The notes beneath the pieces were generated by a model that searched no databases, was not told the origin of the DNA, and saw only the letters and a program-made list of their open reading frames with translations. A DNA stretch of 63,839 nt, the filler included, from Fonticula-like sp. SCN 57-25 (taxonomy: Eukaryota): NCBI GenBank assembly GCA_001724245.1. It is 3 parts of 3 records of this genome, joined end to end, with 100 filler letters (N's around TTAATTAATTAA, not from the genome) between each part and the next. Parts side by side here need not be neighbours in the genome. Positions count along the whole stretch, not along the records: positions 1 to 21,590 come from MEDX01000080.1; positions 21,691 to 43,111 come from MEDX01000081.1; 1 more part is not named here. One strand, written 5' to 3'. A program made the position numbers and the translations under genes. Below, in pieces: positions 13,983-25,032 of this stretch (position 1 is the stretch's first letter; each line of letters opens with the position of its first letter).

Positions 13983-15362
13983 ATGACAGCATCGCTGCGA
14001 GATCGCCTGCTGTCGATAGCGGCGGACGCGGACCTGGTTGAGCGCTTTGTGTCGTGCTTTCCTGGGTATGCCGTGGTGCCTAACCCGCGATGCGGGCTGT
14101 GGTACTGCCGGTCGTCCGATCCCCTGATTCAAGTATACTTTCAGTCGAAGGACGGGCATGTTCAGACGCGCGGCTTTTCGCTACGTCGGCTCAACGTCAC
14201 CCTCGTGGACGCGGCGTGCCGCTACAAGGGCTGCGTGCTTGTCGACTCGACGCACAATGTGCGCAAGCGCATGCCGGATAGCTTTTCCAGGACAGTTCCT
14301 ATTTGGTGCGCGGTATTGAATCGCGCCGTCAAGCGCTTGGCCGACAGCGCGCACCCCGCAGCGGGGCCAAGCTGGGACACGGCACTGCACACGCCACGCT
14401 GCAGCGTCTCTGCACAAGACCACGCTGACACAGAAGACGTACTGGACGTTTTAGTGGACGTTTTGCTTTCAACATCCGACGACAAGGTGCAAAGCCTGCT
14501 TCTATCGCGGATAGCCCGGCCGCTGCTTCCCATGTGGGCCGTCGTCGGCGAAGAACTGCCCGAGCTCGCTGATACCGAGACCTCTCATTGGCCCGTCGTC
14601 TGCCTGACCGCTTCCCCTTTTACGGCGTCAGCTGTGGCCCCTAGCGGTTTTACGTACGTAAAGGGCGCCGGCGATGACCATGAGACGTGGTCGTGCGGCC
14701 TCGAGCCGGAGGCATTCTGGGCAAGCAGGGCTGCCCTGCTAGAGGCAGCGGGCGACCCCGACACGTTAGAAGCTTTTGATTGTGCGGTAAAAGATGCGGT
14801 GCGTCGGTCCGCAGAGCTTCCCAAAGGCGGGCTGTGCCGCGTGGGCGCGCACCCGGTCCTGCTGGGCTCGCTCGAGGCCGTCTACGGCATGTCGTGGTTG
14901 CCGCTGGTCGGCGGCCCCAAAAAGGCAGCCATGATTTTGCTGACACTGGAGGACGATAGCAGCGCGCGGGCGCGGCTGGACTCCGCCGCGCTCGACGTGT
15001 GCGTCATCAAGACGCCGTCCGGCAAGCAGGCCAAGGGGAGCATCGAGGAGACCTTTCAAAAGTCGCTCGACTTTGCATCGGAGCATCTGGCCGCGGGACG
15101 GTCGGTTGTGGTTGCGTGCGAGGATGGGCGCAATTTGAGCGCTGCGGTGGTGCTCTCGCTGCTCGTCAAGATGGAGAGTAACGCGAGCGGCGCCCCCGTG
15201 GACAAGAACATGACGGCAAAGGTGGGCGCAGCGCTGGCCGCAGAGTGCCCAGGCGTGCACATCGGACGCTCGCTCATTGTCGCCGTCAACAGGTTCTTTA
15301 TTAGCACGCGGTTCAAGGAGGACGCTCGTCGCGCTGCGGTTGAGCGCAAGGCTTTGGATTGA
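13983..15362 (+). CDS. RIT1: Initiator tRNA phosphoribosyltransferase Rit1 (with C-terminal DUSP-like domain), intronless
   Basis: RLLSIAADA..V; NPRCGLWY; YFQSKDGH...FSLRRLN; GCVLVDST...KRMPDSFSRTVPIWCAVLNR; YVKGAGDDHETWSCGL; VVACEDGRNLS. Start placed at MTASLR because the upstream part of the ORF overlaps MED9. Confidence 0.9.
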   Translation: MTASLRDRLLSIAADADLVERFVSCFPGYAVVPNPRCGLWYCRSSDPLIQVYFQSKDGHVQTRGFSLRRLNVTLVDAACRYKGCVLVDSTHNVRKRMPDSFSRTVPIWCAVLNRAVKRLADSAHPAAGPSWDTALHTPRCSVSAQDHADTEDVLDVLVDVLLSTSDDKVQSLLLSRIARPLLPMWAVVGEELPELADTETSHWPVVCLTASPFTASAVAPSGFTYVKGAGDDHETWSCGLEPEAFWASRAALLEAAGDPDTLEAFDCAVKDAVRRSAELPKGGLCRVGAHPVLLGSLEAVYGMSWLPLVGGPKKAAMILLTLEDDSSARARLDSAALDVCVIKTPSGKQAKGSIEETFQKSLDFASEHLAAGRSVVVACEDGRNLSAAVVLSLLVKMESNASGAPVDKNMTAKVGAALAAECPGVHIGRSLIVAVNRFFISTRFKEDARRAAVERKALD

Positions 15363-15533
15363 TAATTGTAGAAAATGTATATTGCATTAACATGGGATTG
15401 AGATAGTGTAAGCACGCGTGAGCGATATCGTAAAGCTGAAACAGCCACACAACAAAAATGAAACCAAACTACTACATGCAACGTGAAAAAACCTCAAGTG
15501 CTCAAAGTAAAATTGTGTGTAGGGAAACATGCA

Positions 15534-17097
15534 TTACGGCAGGGTCGCCGCTTCTTCATCGGCCGCGACAGGAGCGGAATCAAAAGCGGGATCGAAAGTG
15601 GTGGGGGTGGTGGCTGTGCTAGAGGCAGCGGCAGCGGAAGCAGCAGCAGACGCGGCGGCCAGTTCGCTTTTCCTAAGCTTGGCGTACATCAGCCCACATG
15701 CATTGCAGAGCGACTTTGTCCCGTCGGGCCCTCGTCTCCATTCTGGCGTCACCGACGAGTGGCACGACGTACACCACCGTGATACATCCACAGGCTTGTT
15801 GGTGGCGACGGTGCCCTTGTATGCGCGTTTCTTTGGGCTGTACACAAACGAATTTCCGACGACGCTGAGCTGCGGCTGGCGAGGGGGGCGCGCGCGACGG
15901 CGGTTCGGCGCGAGCTTGTCTTTCGTCGAGGACGACGCGTCGGCGCCCTGGGACATATTTGGCGAGGATTCCCCATCACCTGCATCCGGCATGGCCGACG
16001 GGAAGAACGGCATGAAGGAATCGAGCGGCGGCAGCGGAACGACCGAGCTCGTCTCTGGGATGCTGCACGCGAGCGGGCTGTTGTCGGTGGAGGGCAGCGC
16101 TCGAAAGGTCGTGTCAAAGCAGACGCCTTCGCTGGCAAACGAAAATGGCGTTGCGCTTACCACAAACTTGCATAGCCGCCCGCTCCTATTCGTGTGTTAG
16201 AGACAGCTTAAGCGGGCAATACGCGCGCACTTTCGAAGGAGACGAAGCGTGCAGGTGAACTGAATAGGGCCATTGACGATCGCGTTCAGGCACTGCGAGC
16301 GAAACTCGTGCAATATATGGGCGTCGGCGGGGTCAACAAGGCTCTCCAATTTGCTGTTGACGAGGGCGCTGGGGAGGTGGCCAAAAACATCCTAGCCACA
16401 CGTGGCAGGTCAGCGAGGGCCGATCTGGGTAAATTTGCGTACCAGCGACGCGGGCGATACATTGACAAAAACAAAAGCGGTATTTAGAATGGCCTTGAAT
16501 GTGCCGTCCAGCTGTAAATAGTGCAGCTGGTTAGCGTGCCGTTGCCATCGTCAACAAACGTACCTTTTGGTCGTAGACGTTGAGGAGAGGCCACTCTTCG
16601 GGATCGATGAGGTGGCCGTCCACATCCCTCGATCGCGTAATGCTGTACACCATTCGAGCCTCATGTGCAGACCGCAAAATGTAGGCAACGCGAGCTTCCA
16701 TCGGCGAGTAAAAGCCTCTGATGGACCACACGCGGAAAAGGGCTTTCGTCGTCGGCTGGAGGCGGGGCATTAGCACGAAAGCGGATAGCAAAAAGCAGCG
16801 CACCTTTCCCTCCGCCGCGTCTCTAATATCCTTGGTGACATAGGGTACGTCAGCAGGGTGCAGAATGTTTTGCAAGTAGTATCGCTCCAAGAGCTTCAAG
16901 TCGAGGGTGTGGGAAAAAGCCCGCCCAACCACCAAATCGCATATCCGACCACTGGTGTTTAATACCACAAAAATGCCGTCCGCGGCTACATTCCTCTTGA
17001 GCGCCACACGGTCCTCATCCGTGAGCTCCACAGACTCGCGCTGCAGGCTCTGAGGACAACCGGCCGTGCTGTCGAGCGGAGCAAAGTCCCCCGACAT
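15534..17097 (-). CDS. PAS-PAS-GATA zinc-finger transcription factor (White-collar-like, no LOV)
   Basis: PAS1 (VLNTSGRI...[10 protein letters not shown]...[10 protein letters not shown]); PAS2 reconstructed over introns ([32 protein letters not shown]); GATA finger [32 protein letters not shown]. Confidence 0.8.
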
Positions 17098-17188
17098 CGC
17101 CGCGCAGCCGTTCCCCCCTGATGACGACACACACTCTGATTGGTCGAATCCGATTGTCAAATTTGCGTTTTCTCACAACGGATCGAAA

Positions 17189-18416
17189 ATGGAGGTGATC
17201 AATGAAGGGGCGTCGGCGGCGGCAAGCGTCGACGCGTCGCTAAAGCAGTTGGGCGAAGAGCTCCAGGCGCTCGAGGTGCGCACTGTTTGTTCCATGGATT
17301 GCTTCTGATATCCTGGCGCGCAGGACCGGATGACTCTAATTCGCCGGGCCGAGAGCAAGCTTGAAAAGGACAATGCCGGCAGGTGCGCAAAAGTCGTGCT
17401 CTCCTGGGCCGACCGCTAACAGCCCCGCTGGAATGTGTAGCTTGTCGGAGGTTCAGTCTCAGCAGAAGAGGGTCAAGGCGTTGTTGCGTTCAATTGATGA
17501 CGACAAAACCGGCGCGAGCAGTGGGCAGCGAGCGGTGGCGGTCGATTACCTTAACCGCGTCAACGCCCTGCAGGGTCGCTTTCCCCGCCCTGCTCGTATG
17601 ATGCTGCGCATGTCGCTCGGCTCCGCCGACGTTTCAATGGCACACAAGGACAGGTTCCGCTACAAGGCAGAGTACGAAAGCTTCAAGCTTCGCCTAACGT
17701 GCGCTCTTTTGTTCCTGGCTGTGCTCGCCTACTATTTTATCGACTACACCCTCGTCTACTGTACGCGTCGCCCATTTTGACAATTGTTTCTAAACTTGTT
17801 TGGTGAAAGCTATGCTCAACTTTTTGGTTCTTTACTACTACTGCACGTTGACGCTTCGCGAGCACATCCTGCTCGTGAACGGATCTAATATCCGCACATG
17901 GTGGCTCATCCACCATTATCTCTCCACGGGCCTCGCTGGCGTGCTGCTTGTGTGGCCCGAGCTTTCTCATTACCACGACCTGCGTCGCATATTCATTGCA
18001 TACCAGATCTACCTTGCCATCGTTCAGCTGCTCCAATTCCGCTACCAGATGAATCGCCTCTACACTCTCCGCTCGCTCGGCAAGCGCGGGCTGCTCGATG
18101 TCACCACAGAGACCGCAACGGCGCCCATGGGACTCCGCTTCATCTCTCTTCTGCTGCCCTTCCTACTCATCGGCCAGCTCTTCCAAATGTATACCGGCGT
18201 ATCGTCCTTTGGCTACATTGTCGCTGCCGACGGCCACTTTGACTATTTCGTACGGCCTCGGACGCGCAACGAGGTGTATTCTAACTATTGGCACTATAGG
18301 CTCTTGCCGCAGGCGTTGTTTCAATTATCAACGGCTCGGGTAATATGATCACCACGTTGGGCATTTACATGAAGAAGATCAAGTCGCCTCTGAGCAAAAA
18401 GGCAAAGACAGGGTGA
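17189..18416 (+). CDS. TMEM120: TMEM120/TMPIT family membrane protein
   Basis: DRFRYKAEYESFKL; YYCTLTLREHILLVNGSNIRTWWLIHHYLSTGLAGVLLVWP; VQLLQFRYQMNRLYTLRSLG; LLLPFL. Confidence 0.92.
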
Positions 18417-18600
18417 CCACTGACATAACTCTATGGTTTAATTATAAAGCAATATATCAATCATTTTTATTGGAAACAATATATGTACTAGGATCACAAG
18501 GCATGAACCATAATTGTGATGATGCTCGTTGGTTTTCTTGCCACCGCCGGTCGCGGTGCGGTGTCTTGGCGTCAGCAATGCGAAAAAAATATGTCAAACA

Positions 18601-18880
18601 CGCGTGCGCGACCAGCTAATAATTCCGGTCAGCGGCATTCACATGCGGACAACACGGTTCTTCGCAGGCGACACGCGAAAGGCCGTGCTGAGCGGCCGGA
18701 CTGAGATCAGCTCCGGGTGCGCGGCGTGCGCCGCCAACGCGCAGACGCCGGTAGAGAACACCGGCCTTCAGCGGCGCAGTGCGTCTGCCGCTAGAGCTCG
18801 ACAAGGTAATACTGTTTTTGTTGTGTGGCAGCAAGCTCACCGCGTTCAAAACAAACGTGCACGAAACGGTCGCGCACGCG
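18601..18880. ncRNA. Unassigned GC-rich structured non-coding element (candidate RNA or non-autonomous element)
   Basis: 13-bp terminal inverted repeat 18601-18613/18868-18880 enclosing at least five hairpins; no convincing ORF; family not identified. Confidence 0.35.
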
Positions 18881-19522
18881 GCACGCACAAGGGGCTTAAA
18901 GCTTCATACCACGATCGAGTATTGTCATAACTCCTTGTTCAATAAAAATTCCTCAAATGTGTCTTCCATGAACTATTGTGGCTAGCAGAGACGATGCTTG
19001 CGCAGAACAGCGGCGAGCGGGCGGCAAGATCATGTTCGGGTGTGTTCATCGTTGAACTGAGCTGCTCGTCGTCGGACAGGTCGCCGATGCCGACGTCAGA
19101 TCAAGACAAGGCAGATCAAATTCAAACTAGTCAAAAACGATGAGCTTCGTCGCCATTCTCAGCGGCTTGGCCCCGATGGCAAGAATCTGGATCAAGTCGA
19201 GCTCATGCGAGTGTCCAAACACACCCCCTAGCGGCATTCAGCCATTCACGAAGCGATGATTCCGGCGGGTATGATGCGAGAGGCAGGCATTCCGCTCGAC
19301 GTGTAGACAAGGTAAAAACACCGCAGGGTTACATTCCTGCCGTTAGTGGACGACTGCTCCACCGCTTGAACCGCGTCAAGTGGAAGACGGGGGCCCCTCC
19401 GCCTCCTGAATCCTGCTGTCGGGAATCCGGAATGCTAATTTGCCTAATTCGGAATTCTGGTCTCCTGCGATTGGCTTAAACTATCGGATCAGTTCAGCCT
19501 TGGGCAGCTGCCGACCAGCAGG

Positions 19523-20982
19523 GATGGCTGGATGGCGGGCCGCGCTGGCGATGCTGGCAGCGATCCTCGTCTGCGGTATGTGCTCGTGTCGCCAATCTGT
19601 TCTTACTCAAAAACGCACGTGATTTTAGTCACGAGCGTGAATGACAACATCGCATACGAGATTAGTGGGGACTACACGTCCGTTATCGCTGAAACCAACA
19701 ACTTTGGGCCTCATAGTACGATGGCGGCCAATACTCAAAAGGTCTACTTACAGCTGGTTCAAATTAGAGAGTGGTTTTTATTACTTGCAAGGCGGCAGCA
19801 GCGGAACCGACCCGGCCACCTACGCTTACATCCAGTTTGACTTTGCCTCGTTCGCGGTACGCTCAGAATCAACCCCGTGTTTCATAACGATGATGGGAGC
19901 GACCGAATAATTGTGACTCATTGCCAAACATGTAGCCAGTAGTGCAAAAATTTTGCGCGTATGGCACTCCTACCTTTAACATAATGCCCGAGTTATCGTC
20001 CACTTTGACGCGCACCTTTACTCAACTGCTGTTCGATGCTCCGGCGACTACATGGTCCGCTTCAGGGCCTGCCGCCCAACTTTCGCACTGTTGTTCCGCT
20101 GACACACCATTGTCTTTATAACAGGACACACGAATCTATTACCTGGCAAAACCAGCCGTCAACAAAAACGCGACTTGGATCCCTGGAAACCGCAACCAAC
20201 TACGCTGTCAATGGAAGGTACGCACGCACAGAAACATCGTTATGAGCCGTTCTGAATGGCAAATAGCTTTGCTTCAATTGCCTTTAGTGCGGAAACGCTC
20301 AATGCTGCTGTTCGACTCTCCAATAGCAAGGTGCGCATAGTTGCTCGAAGAGTTGTATTGCTCATGGCGCACTTGTTGCAGACTGGCTTCCGCCACGCAT
20401 TCGATGATTACATTACTTTGAAATATCATGGCTGGGTGTCTGGCTTGTCATACCGGGCGTTCATTGCATTTGATTACAATACGTGCGACTCGGTAGCGAC
20501 CTGTAACGTGAGCACCGGTGCTTGTACTTGTTTCCCTGGGTACATCGGCCCAGGCACCTCTTGCCGCCGTACGAATATCAATTAATGGATGCCGTTCTAT
20601 TTACAACATCTGTTAGTTCCAAACATATGTGATACCACTGAATGCGACCCAAATGCGACATGCAACACTGACAATGGTGAGTGTACCTGCAACCCGGGGT
20701 ACATTGGCTCTGGCACCTCGTGCCGCCGTACGCTTATCCATGAAACGATGCCTTTCAACTTACACCGTCGGTTAGTTCCTAACGTTTGTGATACGGCTGT
20801 ATGCCACGCTCATGCAACATGCAACGTTGAAAAGGGTGGGTGCATTTGCAACCCTGGCTACACCGGCTCGGGCACCAATTGCCGCCGTACGCAGATCGTT
20901 TCGGCATTAACGATTACCTAACTCAAAACCATTAGTTATGACTAAATGCGAAACCACAGTCAAAAAGCTATGTTCAAGCTAG
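19523..20982 (+). CDS. Secreted DNRLRE/CBM96-like domain + 3 EGF-like repeats (family member 1; possible frameshift near 19740)
   Basis: Signal peptide [30 protein letters not shown]...[11 protein letters not shown]...[11 protein letters not shown]; three C-x(3-5)-ATCN..G.C.C.PGY.G.GT.C EGF units; stop TAG 20980-20982. Confidence 0.7.
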
Positions 20983-21590
20983 GCATTGAAACCAGCTAGT
21001 GAATCTGGTACTTTAGTGGTATGGGTACTTTACAACACGTTTTGTGATTCTGTTACATTGCAATGTTAGTCTTTTTAAACGCATCTTACAATAATGTTGC
21101 GAAAATTGATGTTCGTCGGTGAACGGGTGAGCTTCGTTGTCGTTCATATTCAGTATGTCGTTGTTTCCATGTTGTGTGCATTGCATTGGTATCACTGTAG
21201 CTGCTATAAGGGGGGTGTTTGGGGGGATGAGAATTTTCCAAAAATGGTCTCAAAGTTGGGTGAAAATTGACAAAAATTTGGCGCGAAAAAATCAGACAAT
21301 CTGATGTGTAGGCAGGTGGAAAAATGAAATTTTTGTTTTCAAAAACTGAAAAAGTGGAAAACGAAAACAACGAATTTTTCTTGTGTACTCCTACCCACAA
21401 GAAATTTCGCAAAACGGCGTGTTCCTGAAACTCAGAATCGTCCCCAAACAGGTAGAAAGAGCGACCGAAAATCACCCATTCCCATCCCAAAATCGCACGC
21501 CAGAAAACACCAAAATGTGGTGGTAAAGCCGACTGTAACCCGCCCGCCGGACAGTCAAATTTGAGTATAAGGTGGTGACAGAGTGACCGA

Positions 21591-21690
21591 NNNNNNNNNN
21601 NNNNNNNNNNNNNNNNNNNNNNNNNNNNNNNNNNTTAATTAATTAANNNNNNNNNNNNNNNNNNNNNNNNNNNNNNNNNNNNNNNNNNNN
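21591..21690. other. Artificial contig linker (N-run + TTAATTAATTAA six-frame stop + N-run)
   Basis: Seen directly in the sequence. Confidence 0.97.
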
Positions 21691-21940
21691 AGAGCAATAT
21701 CGCCTTCGTCGAGCGCTATTCGGGGAGCCGTCTTAGTATCGCTGTCCCACCCCTGCTTCCAACGATAAACGCGTACCTCTGATGGGATTCGAATCCTCAT
21801 TCTCCTCTTCGCCCGTGTTCTTGTCTATATAAAAAAGAAGAACCACATAGTTAGCCCACTGAATATCACAATGCACAAGGGGCTGCGGCCGAAGCAAGCC
21901 ACGTACACTTTTCCCAGTCTTCGCCGCGAGCCGACCCCAT
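21691..21940 (-). CDS. RPT1: 26S proteasome AAA ATPase Rpt1/PSMC2, 5' end only (truncated by gap)
   Basis: Three spliced exons give MGSARGEDWEK|YKNTGEEENEDSNPIR|ALDEGDIAL, matching the Rpt1/PSMC2 N-terminus. Confidence 0.85.
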
Positions 21941-22058
21941 CGTGAAGACGCCGTCAAGCCGAAAGAGCGCACACAAAAACGAACGAATACGTCATCGGCG
22001 TAATAATACCGAAATCTTGTAATCGTGCGTCAGCGTTTCTTGATAGGCCGCGTCAACA

Positions 22059-23901
22059 ATGGGTCAGGCGGCGAGCACCGAGTTGGCGAGCCCGGCGCTG
22101 GCTCTTCTCTCGGCGGGCGAGCGCGCCATGCTCGAAGACGCGTACAAGATCATGATAAGCGCGCGGGGTGACAAGGAAGAAGTGCCGATTTCGCACTTCG
22201 CGGTACGACCATCCGCCTGTCTGCTGCGTCACGCGGGCTCACTAGGGGGTAACAGGATCAGTGGCGCATGCTTGATCCGACCTCGCGGAGGGGTCTCGCG
22301 CGCGCATTTGCGGCGGGTCACACGGAAGCGGTGACAAAGATTGCGTTCCTTGGGTCTGCCGCTGAGCTGCTGCAGGGGTCGACCGAGGATCGCGCACTGT
22401 TCTGCATGGACTGGGCGCTCCACTTTGACGATCCCACCCCCGGGGCAGAGCCGTCGGCCGCCGTCACACACAAGACCGAGGTCGCGCTGCCGCGGCTCAG
22501 GAGGAACCTGGGCGCGCCGACGAGCCGTGATAGGCGATCGCTCTTGATGGCGGCCGGCGGGCGGCCAGTCACCCTCAAGCGCATGCTTGACTTTATCACA
22601 GCTGTCGCCTCTGCTTCGCTGCGGCTCCTCCGCGTGCTCGACGGATACAAGGACCCCGTGCGTTTAAAGCTTTTTTTTGTGTGTGTCTTGTGTTTCACAC
22701 GGCTTATTTTTTGTTCGTCAGCTTGCAAATGCCGACAACGCCCCGTTCGACGGCCAGGTGGCCCCCGAGCGCTTTGTCCTCCTGCTGCTCCAGCAGGCCC
22801 ACTTTCAGCAAGCCCAGTCGCTCTACTCGTTTGACGGCGCGACACAGCCCGCCGTTGCGCCGCTCCCAGAGTCCTACTCGGTGGACGACTTTGTCGCGTG
22901 GTACCGCAAATCGGTCACCTTCCAGCAGCTGCTCAACGTCTTTATCACATTCGCGTTTTCCCGCCCCGAGGCCGTCGTACGCTGCTACTCGTGCGTCTTT
23001 TTACGAGCATATTCTAATGTTTGGGTTGTAGACGGCCGCGCTGGATCGGATCGCGCACCCGCCGACGACCTCGTCGCCCGTGCCGCAGGAGGTGCTCAAG
23101 GACCGCGAGGACCTGCTGCGCCTCCCACACATCAACGGCAAGAGCGCGCTCCTGAGCGACGCTGATATCTGGTGGCTTGGGACCTTTATGCCGCACCACC
23201 TCCGCAGGCGCTGGCGCGTACGGCTCGCACTCGTTGGCTCTGTTTCATCGCTGACCCTCCTTGCAGCTACTCTTCACCGACACGATCCACGGGATGAGCT
23301 GGGCGCGCATGTCGTCGCAGATCCAGGATCAGGGACCGACGCTGGTCATTATTGAGGATGAAGAGGGCGCCCGCTTTGGCGGCTGGGCGTCGCAGTCGTG
23401 GTCGCGGCAGCCAGGCTTTTATGGTGATGAGACGTCGTTCCTCATGACGCTGTCGCCAAAGCTCGCGGCCTACCAGAGCTCGCGACTTAATAACCACTTT
23501 CAGTACTTTAATTATAGCACAAAGACGCTCCCGAACGGCCTGGTACGCTTGTTTGTACCTCTTTTGATCGGCTTGAACTGACATGCCTTTTTGTACAGGG
23601 GATGGGTGGGCAGTTTGACTACTTTGGCCTGTGGCTCCCCGAGTCGCTTGAGGGCGGCCACAGCAAGGCGGAGCCGCTCAGTACGACGTACAGCTCGCCG
23701 CAGCTGTCGCACAGCCAGGTGTTCAAGATCAAGCACATTGAGGTGTGGGCGTGCGGGCCAGAGCCAAAGAAGGAGGACGACGGGCCGAGTATTCTCGACC
23801 AGTACAAGGAGGACCGCGTCATTCTGGAGTGGGCGGGGCGGCAGCAGTTTTCGCAGGGGCAGCGCAACGACAGGGAGATCGAATACGACGACGAGGCGTG
23901 A
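22059..23901 (+). CDS. MEAK7: TLDc-domain protein, MEAK7/TLDC1-like, with N-myristoylation-type start
   Basis: MGQAAS start; LLFTDTIHGMSWARM...QGPTLVIIEDEEGARFGGWASQSW...FYGDETSFL; NNHFQYFN...LPNGL|GMGGQFDYFGLWL; IEVWACG; SILD...DRVILE.AG. Confidence 0.85.
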
Positions 23902-24063
23902 GCGCGCACCTTTGTGGCCTTTTTGTATCAATGCATGTTGAGTAGATTGCAATTGTCTACCTTGAGGCTGTTCGGGGGGACGGGGTTGGTGCCACCTTGG
24001 AAAAGCCCGCCAAAATTTCAACAATCGATTTTGTTGCTGTCCACCGCCAGGGATTGAGCGAGC

Positions 24064-24907
24064 ATGGGCGACTTTAAGCGCTTGAAATTACATCTCTTGC
24101 CAGAGGAGCTTGTCACTGCTCCCGCGGCCGTAGAGTATGACGACCGTCTGGTGTCTCCTTTCGCGACTCCGCGCGCTACAGACGAGCTGTCGATTCTCGT
24201 ACGGAACTTGCGCTGTCGGATTGGGGGTAACGGCTAACGAGGGGCGGCTGAATAGATCGTAGGGAGCGGTAAAACGGGAAAGAAGACGCTTTCGCAGTTG
24301 CTGCGCAGGGCGACGGGCGGCGCAAACCTTCGCATGTGCGTAATCCGGTGGTCTGTTTTACACGAATGTCTCATTGTTCGTTTCCAGCTACTCGACGTCA
24401 TCGCTGCCGCTACCTCGCGAGGGTGCCACAAAAGCTCACTCATTTGACTTTGTCATTATTCTGGTGAATATGGTGGACGCGTATTCGTGCGATGTGGCGC
24501 GCATGTCGTTGGAGCGCATCCGGTTGGAGGCCATCTATGGGCGGTGCTGCATCGTCTGCACCCACGGTACGCCCGTGCCCCTTTCTTCCGCCCTCGTCGC
24601 TAATTTCGCCACAGCCGACCGCACGAGCGCCTACAGCGTACTTCCCGAGTCGGTGGAGAACCTTGCCATGGCCTTTCAATTGCCCGTTCTCTACGCTGAT
24701 CTTTTGGTGCGTCATCGCTTTGTTGGTTCTTGTGTTCTGACCTCTTTTCCATGGCGCCAGAGAGGGAGCTCTGCTCAACTTGCCGCTCGTATTCACAAGC
24801 TGCTGAAAATTTCGGCTGGCCTGCTCGCCTCTGATGGCGGAACGCCGTCGGCGGTCATCAGTGCAGAGCCGATGCTCGTCACGCCAACGCAAATCTTGGA
24901 TGACTAA
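24064..24907 (+). CDS. CENPM: Centromere protein M-like (small GTPase fold)
   Basis: SIL|IVGSGKTGKKTL; SSLPLP; FDFVIILVNM..AYS; GRCCIVCT; LA..FQLPVLYADL; AARIHKLLKISAG follow the CENP-M motif order. Confidence 0.75.
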
Positions 24908-25032
24908 ATCACGCGCACCATTCTGTCACATTTTGTTGTATTAAAGATAATGTACATACCAATAAGTCATATTTCAAAACATATTTACCAAACTTGTCAA
25001 ACGCGCATATACACGGGTTCGCATCCGGCGGT

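Noticed and set aside
18885-18900. ACAAGGGGCTTA resembling the RNase MRP CR-V motif
   Set aside because: No matching CR-I (GAAAGTCCCC-like) partner upstream to form P4, so an MRP/P assignment is not supported.
20990-21590. AT-rich non-coding stretches (also 1-480 and 44780-45240, the last with a hairpin at about 44942-44969) as transposon ends
   Set aside because: No terminal inverted repeats, target-site duplications or transposase fragments identifiable by eye; needs a repeat-library search.
21591-21690. TTAATTAATTAA palindrome flanked by Ns (also at 43112-43211)
   Set aside because: Synthetic six-frame stop linker joining contigs; not biological, and it voids any cross-gap gene-cluster argument.
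21782-21800. GGATTCGAATCC palindrome resembling a tRNA T loop
   Set aside because: Inside an Rpt1 coding exon (EDSNP).
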